From Octopus sinensis (taxonomy: Eukaryota): a stretch of 64,000 nucleotides of DNA. Under the pieces are notes generated by a model. The model worked only from the letters and a program-made list of their open reading frames with translations. It did not search any database and was not told the DNA's origin. This document shows, in pieces, positions 12,950 to 25,275 of this stretch; positions within the stretch are counted from its first letter, which is position 1; every line of letters begins with the position of its first letter. The position numbers and the translations under genes were made by a program. Location of the stretch: assembly GCF_006345805.1 (NCBI RefSeq), contig NC_042999.1, positions 132,308,001 to 132,372,000 on the forward strand. Direction: 5' to 3'.

Positions 12950-13185
12950 GCCAAATGGTGAAGTCGGGGTATATTAACCTTAACTGCTTCGTTTCCACTG
13001 AATTTATTTATTTCAACGTTACGTGAAGTGCATGGAATAGCAGCATGTGAATGCAAGCAACTGTATGCTGACTAAGGTAGAAGTTATGGCTGCTGTAAGG
13101 CATTAGCTTGGAAGGCAGAAAAAAACCCCAACAAAAATCGAGAAATGAGGACACATTGCGGCGAAGTTTCGTATGTCGTAGATCA

Positions 13186-14425
13186 GATTTCCGTCGATTT
13201 CCGTAAAAAACTTTTATTTTTTACATAAGTAATGAGAGCGAAAGAGACTAAGAGGAAGCGATTTTACGACGAGAAGGTTTCACTTTGAAGTCGGCCTGTG
13301 TGCGTTTGATGGGGTGTGGGAGACAGACAGTATGTTGTGTAAGTGAAGTGCTTCTGTTAGTGTGTGCGAAGAGACAGAGAGAGAGTAATGTGTGAAAGAG
13401 AGAGATAACTGATTTTTTTACTCGGTGTATGTGTATATGTATGTATGCATGTATGTGTGTGTGTGTGTGTATGTATCTATGTATGTGTGTGTGTTTATGT
13501 ATGTATGTATGTATGTATGGCCGGCATAGACTTTTCACACAGAACATTACCAATCGGATTTTGTCACTTTTCCTTACACATTTTGTACTGTTCGTTCCTT
13601 TTGCTGCACAACACAATGTTTACACATGCATATATATGCATGCTTGCACCCAGTTTCTGTGCACCTCTATAGACTATTAACTTTTTTTTTCCTTTGAATG
13701 CAACTCTTTTCTCATGAGAAGAATATCTCCTCATTTTATAACTCTCCCATCTTTTTCTTACCTTTCACCATCCACATCAACAGAGACATTAAGGCTGCAC
13801 AGTAGCAGTCGACAAGGCATGTATAACGATTAAATAAAAAAAATTTTGTCTATATCTTCGATCACTGTCATTATTCCATTGAGTCAACCTCATTATTTTC
13901 TACATAGCAGACTGTTACATAAACAGGCGCCGCAAGGTAATCTTTCGTTTTAATTCGAAATAATGTAAACACTGAATCGGCCATACATACATACATACAA
14001 CATACACACACACACCACGTACTTACACACACACACATACATGCAGACATACATATTCACATACACCGAGTAAAAAATTACGATGAATCGGCCATACATA
14101 CATACATACATACATAAACACACACACATACATAGATACATACACACACACACACACATACATGCATACATACATATACACATACACCGAGTAAAAAAAT
14201 CAGTTATCTCTCTCTTTCACACATTACTCTCTCTGTCTCTTCGCACACACTAACAGAAGCACTCACTTACACAACATACTGTCTGTCTCCCACACCCCAT
14301 CAAACGCACACAGGCCGATTTCAAAGTGAAACCTTCTCGTCGTAAAATCGCTTCCTCTTAGTCTCTTTCGCTCTCTCTTACTTATGTAAAAAAATAAAAG
14401 TTTTTTACGGAAATCGACGGAAATC
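13186..14425. repeat. Foldback element with about 337-bp inverted arms (13186-13523 / 14089-14425) and about 565-bp non-coding spacer
   Basis: Arms are near-identical reverse complements, including their microsatellite portions. An extra degenerate unit lies at about 13975-14080. Confidence 0.95.
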
Positions 14426-14827
14426 GTGCTAACTACAACCGAAACTATGCCCACATTGCTGAAATAGAAAATAAATGTTAAAGTACGAATAAAATTATAA
14501 TATGATGGGCAATATTAAAAAAAAGCATCATTCATTCTTGTTTGTCTTTTGTGTTTTTATTTTTAAGAAGGCGTTACACTAAACATAACCTGGTTATAGT
14601 TTTTAAAGTAAATTAAATTAAATATGAAATGCTTTATTTCATATTTAATTTAGTTGCTTGCTTTATCAGTTTTAGAAAGAAAGCTTTGAAAAATTCATAA
14701 TTCTATACAAAATAAATAAATAGTTTCGTTATACATACACGCGCAGACGCACGCACACACACAAAACATACATGCAAGATAGTAAATCTCGATTATATAC
14801 TAAATTTTCAGCAGATCTGCGGAACCA

Positions 14828-14899
14828 GCGTCGGTGGTGTAACGGTTAGCATGGTTGCCTTCCAAGCAGTCGATCCGGGTTCGACTCCCGGCCGACGCA
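14828..14899 (+). tRNA. tRNA-Gly-TCC: tRNA-Gly (anticodon TCC)
   Basis: 72 nt. Perfect acceptor stem GCGTCGG/CCGACGC, A box, anticodon loop CT-TCC-AA (TCC at 14861-14863), GGTTCGACTCC B box, and a T5 Pol III terminator about 8 nt downstream. Closely matches the metazoan tRNA-Gly-TCC pattern. Confidence 0.97.
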
Positions 14900-15104
14900 G
14901 GTATTAATTTTTGTTTTGATAATGATCTACAGTTTAACTGACATTGTTACTGTTATATTGAATAAAATAAACTAATATAAACTTCTTATGACTTATATTT
15001 GTTATAGACATACTGTAAGTGTTAAATATTGCAAATATTTTGTAGTTCCAGCAGATAAAATACCAAAGAATGATAAACAAGATGTGTTTAAGAGTCATTG
15101 CAAT

Positions 15105-15805
15105 CATCATCATCATCATCCTCATCGTTTAATGTCCGCTTTCCATGCTAGCATGGGTTGGACGATTTGACTGAGGTCTGACGAACCAGATGGCTGCACC
15201 AGACTCCAATCTGATCTGGCAGAGTTTCTACAGCTGGATGCCCTTCCTAACGCCAACCACTCCGAGAGTGTAGTAGATGCTTTTACGTGTCACCGGCACG
15301 AGGGCCAGTTAGGTGGTACTGGCAATGGCCATGCTCAAATGGTGCTTTTTATGTGCCACCTGCACAGGAACCAGTCCAGCGGCACTGGCAACGACCTTGC
15401 TCAAATGTTTTTTCATGTACCACCAGCACAAGTGCCAGTAAGGCGATGCAGGTAACGATCATGCTTGAATGGTGTTTTTAACGTGCCATTGGCATGGAGA
15501 CCAGCTTGTTGCTCTGGCAATGATCTCACTCATATGGTGCTCTTAGCGCTCCTCTAGCATGGATGCCAGTCATTGAATTTGATTTCAATTTCACTTGACT
15601 CAACAGGTTTTCACAAGCAGAGTTTAGTGCCCAATGAAGGAAAGGCATGCATAAGTGGACTGGTTACACCCCTGGCATAGGCCACAAGGTTATGGTCTCA
15701 CTTCCACTTGCTGTGTCTTCTCAAGCACAGCATATTTCCAGAGGTCCCGGTCACTAGTCATTGCCTCGGGGAGGCCCAATGTTTGAAGGTCATACTTCAC
15801 CCCCT
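15105..15805 (-). mobile_element. 3' end of an RTE LINE (ORF C-terminus + long 3' UTR with about five 60-bp repeats + (GAT)n tail)
   Basis: The minus strand encodes VKYDLQTLGLPEAMTSDRDLWKYAVLEKT (RTE C-terminus). Repeated gccagt...ggtggcac..aaaagcacc units and the catgctagcatgg tail follow. Confidence 0.85.
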
Positions 15806-17184
15806 TCAATACAGGGTTTATTTCCATGGATGGCAACTTTTATCCCAGTCAACTTGAGTGGGGCTTGTTTTGGTACCTAGAAATAGCAGATGATTCCACC
15901 ACTGCAGATTTGGAAGGGGAAAAAAGCACAATTGAAGAACAGTTTGTATTTTGTCAGCTAGCAAACCTGTGGGTCTGATACAGTGGTAAACATCTGGATG
16001 CAGTCTTGACTTCACCAGCCTAACACTAAAGACAGTATTGCTGCAGGTTGCATCCCAGATGAAAGACTTGTTGTCTCAGAGCAGGAAAATTGTAATATCT
16101 TTCATTGAGTCATTTGCTGATCCCCACAGAAAACTAATTTTGTCCAAACCATGTTTGACAATATCATTAAGGGTAACATGTCAAGGAAAGTGGCTGACAC
16201 TGAAGCAATATTATAAGAGAGAAAATTTGAAAATGTGAACTCTAGACCCACAAGGGCGTTGGTACTATTTGCTGATCTGAAGTCAAAGTTGAAATGAAAA
16301 GCCAATACAGAATTAGTTGTTATCCAACTGGGTACCAGTCAAGTATGGCATTCAGCTATGTGTAACTGTGTAGCTGGGACGTAGTATTGAAACAGATTAG
16401 TTGAAGTCATCAAGTGCTCGAGACTTTACAGCACTGCAGAGCATCCCATTGAAGCTGAACTAATAAAATGTTAGCAAAATTGAGGCTAATGAGTTGTGTC
16501 CATTTATGTAGGCAGTTTTGTGAATCCTTAGTGTAGTAGATATTGTGAGGTTTTGGAGGATTTTGCTGATAAGGGTATGACAAAAGACTAATGAAGACAG
16601 ATATGCCTACAGTGTCAAAGTAACCAGGGATCAAAGACCCAAACAGCTATATCTAACAGGGAGATTGACTTGTTGTTATCCAGTGTCATCAAAAGAGACT
16701 TTACATATTTTGTCTGTACTACACTAGATCAAGTTTATTAATTCAGTTAGGCAAAGATATGGCTGTAACATATGTGAAAGCTATAGAAAAGCATGGAAAA
16801 GTGGTTCTCTTAAGAGAAAGAAGGTTGGATGCACATCAGTCAAACAATATTCTCTCAAAGGGTTTTGAGCTGAAGGGGACTTATATTTAATAGTCAATTG
16901 GACAGAAAGATTGGTGAACCAAGGCTGCATTGGTTTAATGTTTTTTTGCTGTTTTCCTTCTGTCTGAAATCTAGTATAGGCTAGCAAAGGTTTCTAGTGT
17001 ATAAACTTGGTGATATAAAATGTACAAGTGTTATGTGAATCCTCAACACACCTTGAAGAGTAGGAACACTGAACAAGAACTCGCTCAGACCATTACAACC
17101 TATCATGCCTATATTAGTATGGAAAAGTGAATTCAAAATTAATGTTTGTTTATATGCTCAGATAATATATAATCTTTACTTTTT

Positions 17185-17383
17185 TACACTTTTACTTGTT
17201 TCAGTCATTTGACTATGGCCATGCTAGAGCACCACCTTTAGTCAATTTGGCCCAAGTACTTATTCTTTGTAAACCTAGTACTTATTCTATCGATCTCTTT
17301 TGTCGAACCGCTAAGTTATGGGGATGTAAACACACCAGTATCGGTTGTCAAGTGATATTGGCGGAACAAACACAGACACACAA

Positions 17384-17440
<57 letters not shown>

Positions 17441-17603
17441 CAACAGGCTTCTTTCAGCTTCTGCCTACCAAATCCACTCACAAGGCTTTGGTCAGCCTGA
17501 GGCTATAGTAGAAGACACTTGCCCAAGGTGCCACACAGTGGGATTAAACCCGGAACCATGTGGCTGATAAGCAAACTACTTACCACACAGCCACTCCTAC
17601 GCC
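17185..17603 (-). mobile_element. tRNA-derived SINE family A (CORE-like domain, internal (CA)n/(TA)n microsatellite), full length
   Basis: tRNA-like head (tggctgtgtggtaa...ggttccgggtt), caccttgggcaagtgtctt CORE-like segment, internal microsatellite, and conserved tail ending gaaacaagtaaaag. Confidence 0.85.
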
Positions 17604-17929
17604 TATAAAAGTATACAATTTTGCAAATATACAAATATACAAGTATAAAAATGATTTAACATTATAGCAAAAGATTATTCAACACTTTGTTAGTAGGGTA
17701 TATATTTATTAACTTCACACGGAAAAGAGTGACAATGACTTCAAAGTTTCAGCTTGCTCACCTTTATCAATCAATCAAATGAAGGTGAACAAGGTGAAGC
17801 TGAAACTTCAAAACCATTGTGAACCTTTCTTTTATAAAAGTTTAATAAACACTCACATAAAATGTGTGTGCGTGCAAGTGTCTATGTGTGTATGTCTGTG
17901 TGCATGCATGCATGCATGCATGTATGTAT

Positions 17930-18400
17930 GTCAGGTCACTTTCGTGCTACTGGTAACATGTAACCCAGTACAACCTGTTGCATGGTTGGGTTGTCAGCGA
18001 CTAAACCGGCAACCCCACCAAGCTTGCTTGGTGAGGAGGGTTTTTATTGGATATCCTGCGGGATGAAAAACAAAACCCGTCAAAGGGTGGAGGAACTCTT
18101 GAGAGTCAACGGCCATCCAATAAATGTCTTAGAGCTGTATCATGCGCGGGGACATAGAAATAATCGAACTGAATACCCAATTGCGCGGTTAAACCATTGG
18201 GAGTGAAGGACTCCTAGCCTTTGTTAGGGCATCCTTCTAGGAGAAGGTAACTCAGGTAACTGGGATAACTCTGACATAAAACCTGCGGCTCAGTGGTTAC
18301 TGATGATGTTTACTTGTTCTTCTTTTCGGATTATGGCTGCTGTTGCTTAGTGAGTGAGATTGACTCAGTGCACAGCCTTTTCTCACTTTAAAAAAAAATC
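17930..18400 (+). mobile_element. Probable 5' UTR fragment of an RTE-type LINE
   Basis: Contains gggcatccttctaggagaagg...aactctg...aaacc, which resembles RTE 5' UTRs. GC-richer than the flanks; no ORF follows. Confidence 0.4.
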
Positions 18401-18737
18401 TTCTTGCACAGGCATTGCACAATAACAACATTGATTAAGCTTCGTGCAATGGCCACACTCGATAACGAGGGGGCAGCCACCATGTATGTATGTATGTATT
18501 TATGTATGTATGTCATTATTCTGTTTTATTTCAAGATTTCTTGCCAACAGAGAAAGAGCTGGTTTCTAACCAAGATCCAAGACACCTTCATTGGAATCTC
18601 AACAACATCAACAGGGTATTTTTGAATGTATGTTTACATGTAGATTCATATGCTTTGTTTTATGTATGTATTCACATGCATATATCATTGCATATCTAGA
18701 CATGCTCCTATATACTTAAATGATAAACTTCTGGAAA

Positions 18738-19145
18738 GTTAGTGGTTGTGTGGTAAGTAGCTTGCTTACTAACCCCATGGTTCTGGGTTCAGTCCTATTG
18801 CGTGACACCTTGGGCAAGTGTCTTCTACTATAGCCTCGGGCCGACCAAAGCCTTGTGAGTGGATTTGGCAGACGGAAACTGAAAGAAGCCTGTCGTATAT
18901 ATGTATGTATATATGTATATGTGTGTGTATATGTTTGTATGTCTGTGTTAGTCACCCCAACATCGTTTGACAACCGATGCTGGTGTGTTTACGTCCCCAT
19001 AACTTAGTGGTTCAGCAAAAAGAGACCGATAGAATAAGTACTAGGCTTACAAAGAATAAGTCCTGGGGTCAATCTGCTCGACTAAAGGTGGTGCTCCAGT
19101 ATGGCCACTGTCAAATGACTGAAACGAGTAAAGAGAGTAAAGAGA
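18738..19145 (+). mobile_element. SINE family A, full length
   Basis: Same head, CORE-like segment, microsatellite and tail as 17185-17603. Confidence 0.85.
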
Positions 19146-19449
19146 GATTTTTATAGTTCCAGTGATGACTTGGATCTGTAGTCTTCGAATGTATGTATGT
19201 GTGTGCATGTTTGTATGTCTCCTTGTCTTGACATCCTATATTTGTAAATGAGTGTCACCATCATACATGCAATATCATCCCTTTCCAATCTTTCACGAAA
19301 ACATGTCTGACCATGGAGACAATTAAAACAATTAAGGTTTGGTAACAAGAAGAACATCCAGCTATTATATCTCAGAAAGTTCCACTTGTCCTATGCAAGC
19401 ATAGAAAATTGTCATCATTGTTGTTGTCATTGTCCTGATTTAACATCTG

Positions 19450-19787
19450 CATGGCTCAGTGGTTACAGCGTCGAGCTTACAATCGTGAGGTTGTGAGTTT
19501 GAATCTCGGACCGGGCTGCGTGTTGTGTTCTTGAGCAAGACACTTTATTTCATGTTGCTCCAGTTCACTCAGCTGTAGAAATGAGTTGCGACGTCACAGG
19601 TGCCAAGCTGTATCGGCCTTTGTCTTTCCCTTGGATAACACTGGTGGTGTGGAGAGGGGAGGCCAGTATGCATGGGCGATTGCTGGTCTTCCACAAACAA
19701 CCTTGCCTGGACTTGTGCCTGGGAGGGTAACTTTCTAGGTGCAATCCCATGGTCAGTCATGACCGAAGGGGGTCTCAGCATTCCATA
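19450..19787 (+). mobile_element. tRNA-derived SINE family C
   Basis: Head tggctcagtggtta...gagtttgaatc, then tgtgttcttgagcaagacacttt, a segment typical of invertebrate superfamily SINEs. Confidence 0.7.
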
Positions 19788-20496
19788 CTGGCATGGGTTG
19801 GATGATTTGAGATCCAACAGGTCAGAGGACTGGTTTGAGCTCCAATACCTGCTTTGTTATGGTTTCTATTGATGGATACCCTTCTTAACATCAAAACTTT
19901 ACAGAATGTAGTGGGTACTTTTTTGTGTCACCAGCATGAGTGAGGGTGCCAAGTAGCTTGCAAAACAAGACTTTGTAATTGAGTGGGATGTAGTACTGAA
20001 GGAAATAGCTTATATGAAGTGTTGAGAGGTAAGAGTATGATAGAAGGTTAAGAACAGCTATTTTGCTATGGAGGAGGTACATGGCTACTCTATCTGGAAA
20101 AGGAAAGAAGACAATCGTGATGAAGTGACGGGACATGCCCTGAAGGCACAGGAAGGTGAATGTGAGTGGGACTGAGGAACAAGTTAGGGGGATAGGAACA
20201 GAAGATCAGGCAAGTTTTCAAAAGTGTGAGGCAGGGAATGTAGGGATATAGGTTTGAGGTAGGGAATATAGAGATATAGGTGAAACAATGAAAGAGCAAA
20301 CCATGGTTAATGGGGAATATCAGTTTAGGTGACAGTGATGGAAATAGGTGTGGGTTACTGAGGAGGAGGTGCTAAGTGGTAGTACAAAAAGGTGGGGGAA
20401 CCATATAATTGTGAAGTGGTGGGGATGGAAGGGTGTTCAGTGGAAAGGGAAGAGAGCAGAGCTATGTAGTAATGAATATATATATATATATATATA

Positions 20497-21352
20497 TATA
20501 AATATCACCTTGATCACCTTGACCGAACAGTCTGTCAGGCGTCCATTTAACACCGCTGGTCACAGCATGCTGTCCACTCCTCCCTCGATCGCGCCTTTCT
20601 CATCCACGTGATCCCAATCGTCCTCCTGAAATCGTAACTCCACCGTCATGGAGGTCTTTCGGGTGATCGTTTCCACTCGCGCGGGTACCACTCAACAACT
20701 GCGCGGGTCCACCGATTATTGGTGAGCCGGGCGACGTGTCCAGCCCATCTAAACTTGGTGCGTGTATACTCTGCGATGACATCCCTCATGCCGGACTTCT
20801 TTCTGATGATCTCGCTACTGATGTGCTCTCTCAACGAGATACCAAGCATTGACCTTTCCATGGCTCTTTGAGCCATTACCAGTTTCTGCTCTTCTCTCTT
20901 TGTGGTAGCCCATGTTTCACTACCATATAACATTGCAGGTAGAACTGTACTGTTGATGAGGTTGGTGCAGGTGGTCCTGTCCAACCTTCCCTTGAGCACA
21001 TCCCTTATGCCATTAAACACCTTCCATCTGGCCCTTACTCTCTGTGAGATCTCCTTTTCGATATCTCGGCACATATTCACTTCCTGTCCCAGGTAGACAT
21101 ATTCCTTTACCTCCTCTATTTCATCCCTGCTGATCACCATTCAACCTGTTGGTACGTTGTCTGACTGCATGAACTTCGTTTTCATGTGGTCCATCTCGAG
21201 ACCTACTGCAGAGCTTTTGATGTCGAGCTCCATCAGCATGGTCTGAAGCTGATCTGTGGTTTCAGTGATGAGTACGATGTCATCAGCGAAACGGAGGTGG
21301 GTGAGGAGCTCGTCATTGATGTTGACACCGCCTTGCCAGTCGATGCCCCTGA
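20497..21352 (-). mobile_element. RTE-clade LINE, 5'-truncated (RT C-terminal half)
   Basis: LTHLRFADDIVLI, YVYLGQ, AQRAMERSMLG, KFRWAGHVAR, WTRAVVEWYPR. Tail of (CAAGGTGAT) repeats. Confidence 0.92.
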
Positions 21353-22189
21353 TGATCTGTTATATATATATCCCTCTCTTTTTCTTCATCCTTTCTGGTT
21401 TTCTCTTCTACCCTTCCCCATTCTTCTCCTCTCCTCTTCACCGTTCCCTCTCTCTTACACTTCCTCCTTGACTCTCTCGTTGCTGACACATGACGAAAGG
21501 GAATCTATCTTTCTATCCATTTCCTTCCTAAAGACAAGATGTGCTTATACCTGTCTCCTCTCATTGCTCGTCCTCCTAGTGTTCATAATAATTTTTCTAT
21601 CGTCTTGGCTTAACAGTCCTCACTGTTTGTTTTCACTGTCTTGTTCTCACTGTCCTATTCTTGTTACCACTTTCACCTTCCGCAAAAAACCCAGATTTTA
21701 TTTAATTTACTTGTTTCTCTGTTTGTTTTTACGTTGTTCAAAAAAAAGTTCGTTTTCTATGTTTTTATTTTTGTTTTCATTTCTCATTGTGTTCAACGTT
21801 TTTTTTTAATGTCCTCTACCATAAATACATGTATATATACATATATATGTAGATATGTACATGTATGTATGCATGCATGTATGTATGTATGTATGTATGC
21901 ATGTATTTATATATTATTTATATTATATATATATATGTGTGTATATACAGAGAGAGAGAGAGAGGGAGGGAGGGAGAGAGGTGATGAACAAGGGAATGGG
22001 ATATGACCAATATGGAGGAGTGTTCAATAGTAGCATGGGATACTGAGAAAATCTGGTGGGTTTCACGGAGTGGTAGCTCCAACAAGAGGGGAATTTGGTA
22101 GACAAAAGAGTAGGAATGTGATATACAGGTATACATCATCATATGATATATACCTGCATATGTATGTTGTGTGTATGTGCATATATATA

Positions 22190-23860
22190 CAAGTGTGGTT
22201 GTATAGTAAAAAGCTTGCTTCTCAACCACATGGTTCCGGGTTCAGTCCCACTGCATGACACCTTTGGCAAGCGTCTGCAACTATAATCTTGAACTGACCA
22301 AAGCCTTGTGAGTGGATTTGGTGGATGGAAACTGAAAGAAACCTGTCATATGTACAGGGTGCGTAAGATATTTGAGGTCATACAATTTTTGGGCCATTGC
22401 TGCATTTTTTGATAACTCTGTATAATTTTTGTTTTAGAAAATGATAATGGCAGACCCTCAGCTTACTCAAGAAATGAAGAGGCGTGCTGTTATTTTGGTT
22501 ATAAAGGCAGAGCATAGCAGTTTATAAATATCTTGATTTTGAAAAGTTGTCAGGTCTTTCATCTACAAAATCTGTAAGAAGTTAGAGACTGAAAATGGAA
22601 ATGTATCACCAGTATCAAAACATAAAAAGCTTTCTAAATGCTCTGAAATCATCAGAACACTTGAATTTATCCAGAAAGTTCAACAGACCATTGATACAAT
22701 CCCAGAAAGTCCATGAGGTCAATTGCAAAAGATTTCCATGTGTCAGAAGGAACAGTCAGAAATGTTGTTCATGAAGACATCAGATATAAGTCTTATATGA
22801 TGAGGAAAGGTCAATTTGTCAGAAAAAGCAAAAGAAAATCACTATGTCAGATCTTAAAAGGTTCTTAAACAAACTGAAAAATCCAGCAGAAAATTTGATT
22901 TGGTTTTTCTCAAGCGAGAAAACTTCGACCAAGATCAAAAAGTTAACAGAAGAAATGACAGATGGTTTTGTGCAGATCCTTCTGAAGTTCCAAATGCTAT
23001 GCATACAAAATTTCCTGCGACTGTCATGGTTTTAGGGGTTGTCAGCAATGAAGGATATGTGATGCCTCCTTACTTCTTTCCACAAGGCTTTAGAGCTAAC
23101 TCTGCCTCCTACATTGAAGTCCTGGAAACAGTTGTTAAGATCTGGATAAACAGTGTATGCAATGGAAGGTCATATGTGTTCCAGTAAGACTCTGCACTAT
23201 CACACATGGCTCTAGTAACACAGGAATGGATGGCTAAAAATTTTCATGATCACATAACCCCTAACATTTAGCCTCCTAATTTTCCAGATCTCAGTCCATT
23301 GGACTATTACATGTGGAGCATTGTTGAGAGAGATCAATGAACACGCCCATAACACCAAAGATTCTTTGAAAGCTGCCATAGTCAGAGTAATGTCCAAAAT
23401 GAACCAAGACCACTTGATTCGAGCATATAGATGATTTAAATCTCAGATAGAAGCAGTTATTGAGGCTGAAGGTGGCTTTATTGAATAAAATTATAGAAAA
23501 GAGGGTTTATTTTTATCCTCATAGCATTTTTTGATAAATTAAGTTATTATCTGTTGTCCTATATCTGTTTTTTTATAAACATTAATCTGTCCTCAAATAT
23601 CTTTTGCATCCTGTATATAAGTATATATATGTCCATGTGTCTTTGTCATTGTGTCTCTGTTTGTGCCCCCATCATCACTTGACAACTGATGTTGGTGTGT
23701 TTGTGTCCTCGTAACTTAGTGGTTCAGCAATAGAGACTAACAGAATAAGTATCACACTTAAAAAATAAGTACTGGTGCCGATTCATTTGACTAAAAATTC
23801 AAGGTGGCACCCCAGTATGGCCACAGTCTAGTGACGGAAAGAAGTAAAAAATAAAAGATA
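22190..23860 (+). mobile_element. SINE family A split by a DD37D transposon inserted at its internal TA tract
   Basis: The 5' half at 22190-22354 and the 3' half at 23614-23860 are colinear with intact copies. Confidence 0.85.
22355..23613 (+). mobile_element. Full-length Tc1/mariner DD37D (maT-like) element, transposase pseudogene
   Basis: TIRs cagggtgcgtaagatatttgagg / cctcaaatatcttttgcatcctg with TA on both sides. The catalytic D in FQ*D and the final D in PDLSPLD are separated by 37 residues. Several stops. Confidence 0.93.
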
Positions 23861-24043
23861 TATATATATGGCCACAGCTCATAAGCTGAAACTAGAATCA
23901 ATCAATCAATCATATATATATATTGTGTTCTACGTTTATTTGTGGTGTCCTGTACTCATATATATATATGCTTGTATATATACATGTAGATGTATGTACA
24001 TATATGTATGTATATATGCAGATATTTTATTTATTTATTATAT

Positions 24044-24074
<31 letters not shown>

Positions 24075-24075
<1 letters not shown>

Positions 24076-24626
24076 CAACTTATAAACAAGGGCAAAAGAA
24101 AAAAATTCCAATGCCAAATATGTTGAAAATAGACTTAATCGTCAATAGCCATATAATTTATCACTATAAGCATGCATCTCGAAAGCAAGCCGACAGAAAT
24201 TTCTAAAAAATTTCGTTATTATCGAATCGGCCCCGATTTCTGAGTTAATTCATTTAGAATTTTCTCGTCATCAGTGATAAATACGATAAGAAAATAAATG
24301 AGATACTTATTTGCACCCATGGAAGAAGTAAACACTAAGTCATGTGTACACTTAAGTACCCCAAATATATCCAAAATAGAAATTCTACAGCATATCTCCA
24401 TGGGTGCAAGTATCTCATATATTTTCTTATCGTATTTATCGCTGATGACGAGAAAATTCTAAATGAATTAACTCAGAAATCGGGGCCGATTCGATAATAA
24501 TGAAATTTTTTAGAAATTTCTGTCGGCATGCTTATAGTGATAAATTATATGGTTATTGACGATTAAGTCTATTTTCGGCATATTTGTCATTGGAATTTTT
24601 TTCTTTTGCCCTTGTTTATAAGTTGT
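24075..24626. repeat. Inverted repeat (24075-24323 / 24397-24626, 73-bp spacer), each arm with an HHR fold
   Basis: Arms are reverse complements with a few substitutions and one short indel. Confidence 0.95.
24436..24497 (+). ncRNA. Type I hammerhead ribozyme-like motif (mirror copy on the minus strand at 24219-24280)
   Basis: Stem I TTATCG/CGATAA; core CTGATGA; stem II GAG..AATTC/GAATT..CTC with a C.A mismatch at the base; GAAA; stem III TCGG/CCGA; cleavage triplet ATT. Confidence 0.65.
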
Positions 24627-24849
24627 TTATAAATTTAACCTTTAAAGGTATTTTAATATGCTGGGCATTGATAAAATTTTTTTCAAAAATTATATCCTTT
24701 ATTAAATGTGTGTATATATATGCATATATATCATATATATATACGTATATATATATGTATGTATATGTTCATTCTAGCTGGTGTACTCAGTAATTCCAGG
24801 GGGTAAAGATGTTCTATTGAAATGCCTTATTACTCTGATATAAGAAAGC

Positions 24850-25027
24850 AATTTCCAGGGGCTGTATTATTGATTTTTTCAACAATCCAAGTATGTCACG
24901 AGGTTTCCAGACATGAGTTCTACTCATGTGTCAAGTTTCATCAAAATCAATAAAATGATGTAGGAGGAGTTAGCTAACAATGCCACAAACAAACACACAC
25001 TGGTTTTCCATATATGTAGTAGATATA
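24850..25027 (+). mobile_element. Interspersed repeat, probable Helitron-like 3' fragment (second copy at 41872-42052)
   Basis: Two similar copies of ttccagg...aagtttcatcaaaatc...gtagga(g/a)gagtt...atatgtagtagat. The class is inferred from similarity to non-autonomous Helitron-type ends. Confidence 0.55.
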
Positions 25028-25054
25028 TACTTGTATATGTATGTGTGTGTATAT

Positions 25055-25056
<2 letters not shown>

Positions 25057-25088
<32 letters not shown>

Positions 25089-25275
25089 GCATCATTTAAT
25101 ACCTTATTTCCCTCCCGACATGGGTTGGATGGTTTGAGAAGAACAGACGCACCAGAGGGCTGGGCCAGATTCTATGTCTGCTTTGGCATGGTTTCTACAG
25201 CTGGGTGTCCTACCTAGCACCAGTACTCGACAAGGTATACTGGGTACTTTTTATGTGACACCAGGATCATTGAGG
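25057..25275 (-). mobile_element. Degraded RTE 3' UTR fragment with (GAT)n tail
   Basis: (CAT)n tract followed by catgggttggatggtttg...ggtttctacagctgg, as at 15105-15300. Confidence 0.7.

Noticed and set aside
15290-15570. CRISPR-like repeat/spacer array
   Set aside because: The units are wholly repeated, diverged tandem copies in a LINE 3' UTR, with no unique spacers and no cas genes. Eukaryotic context.
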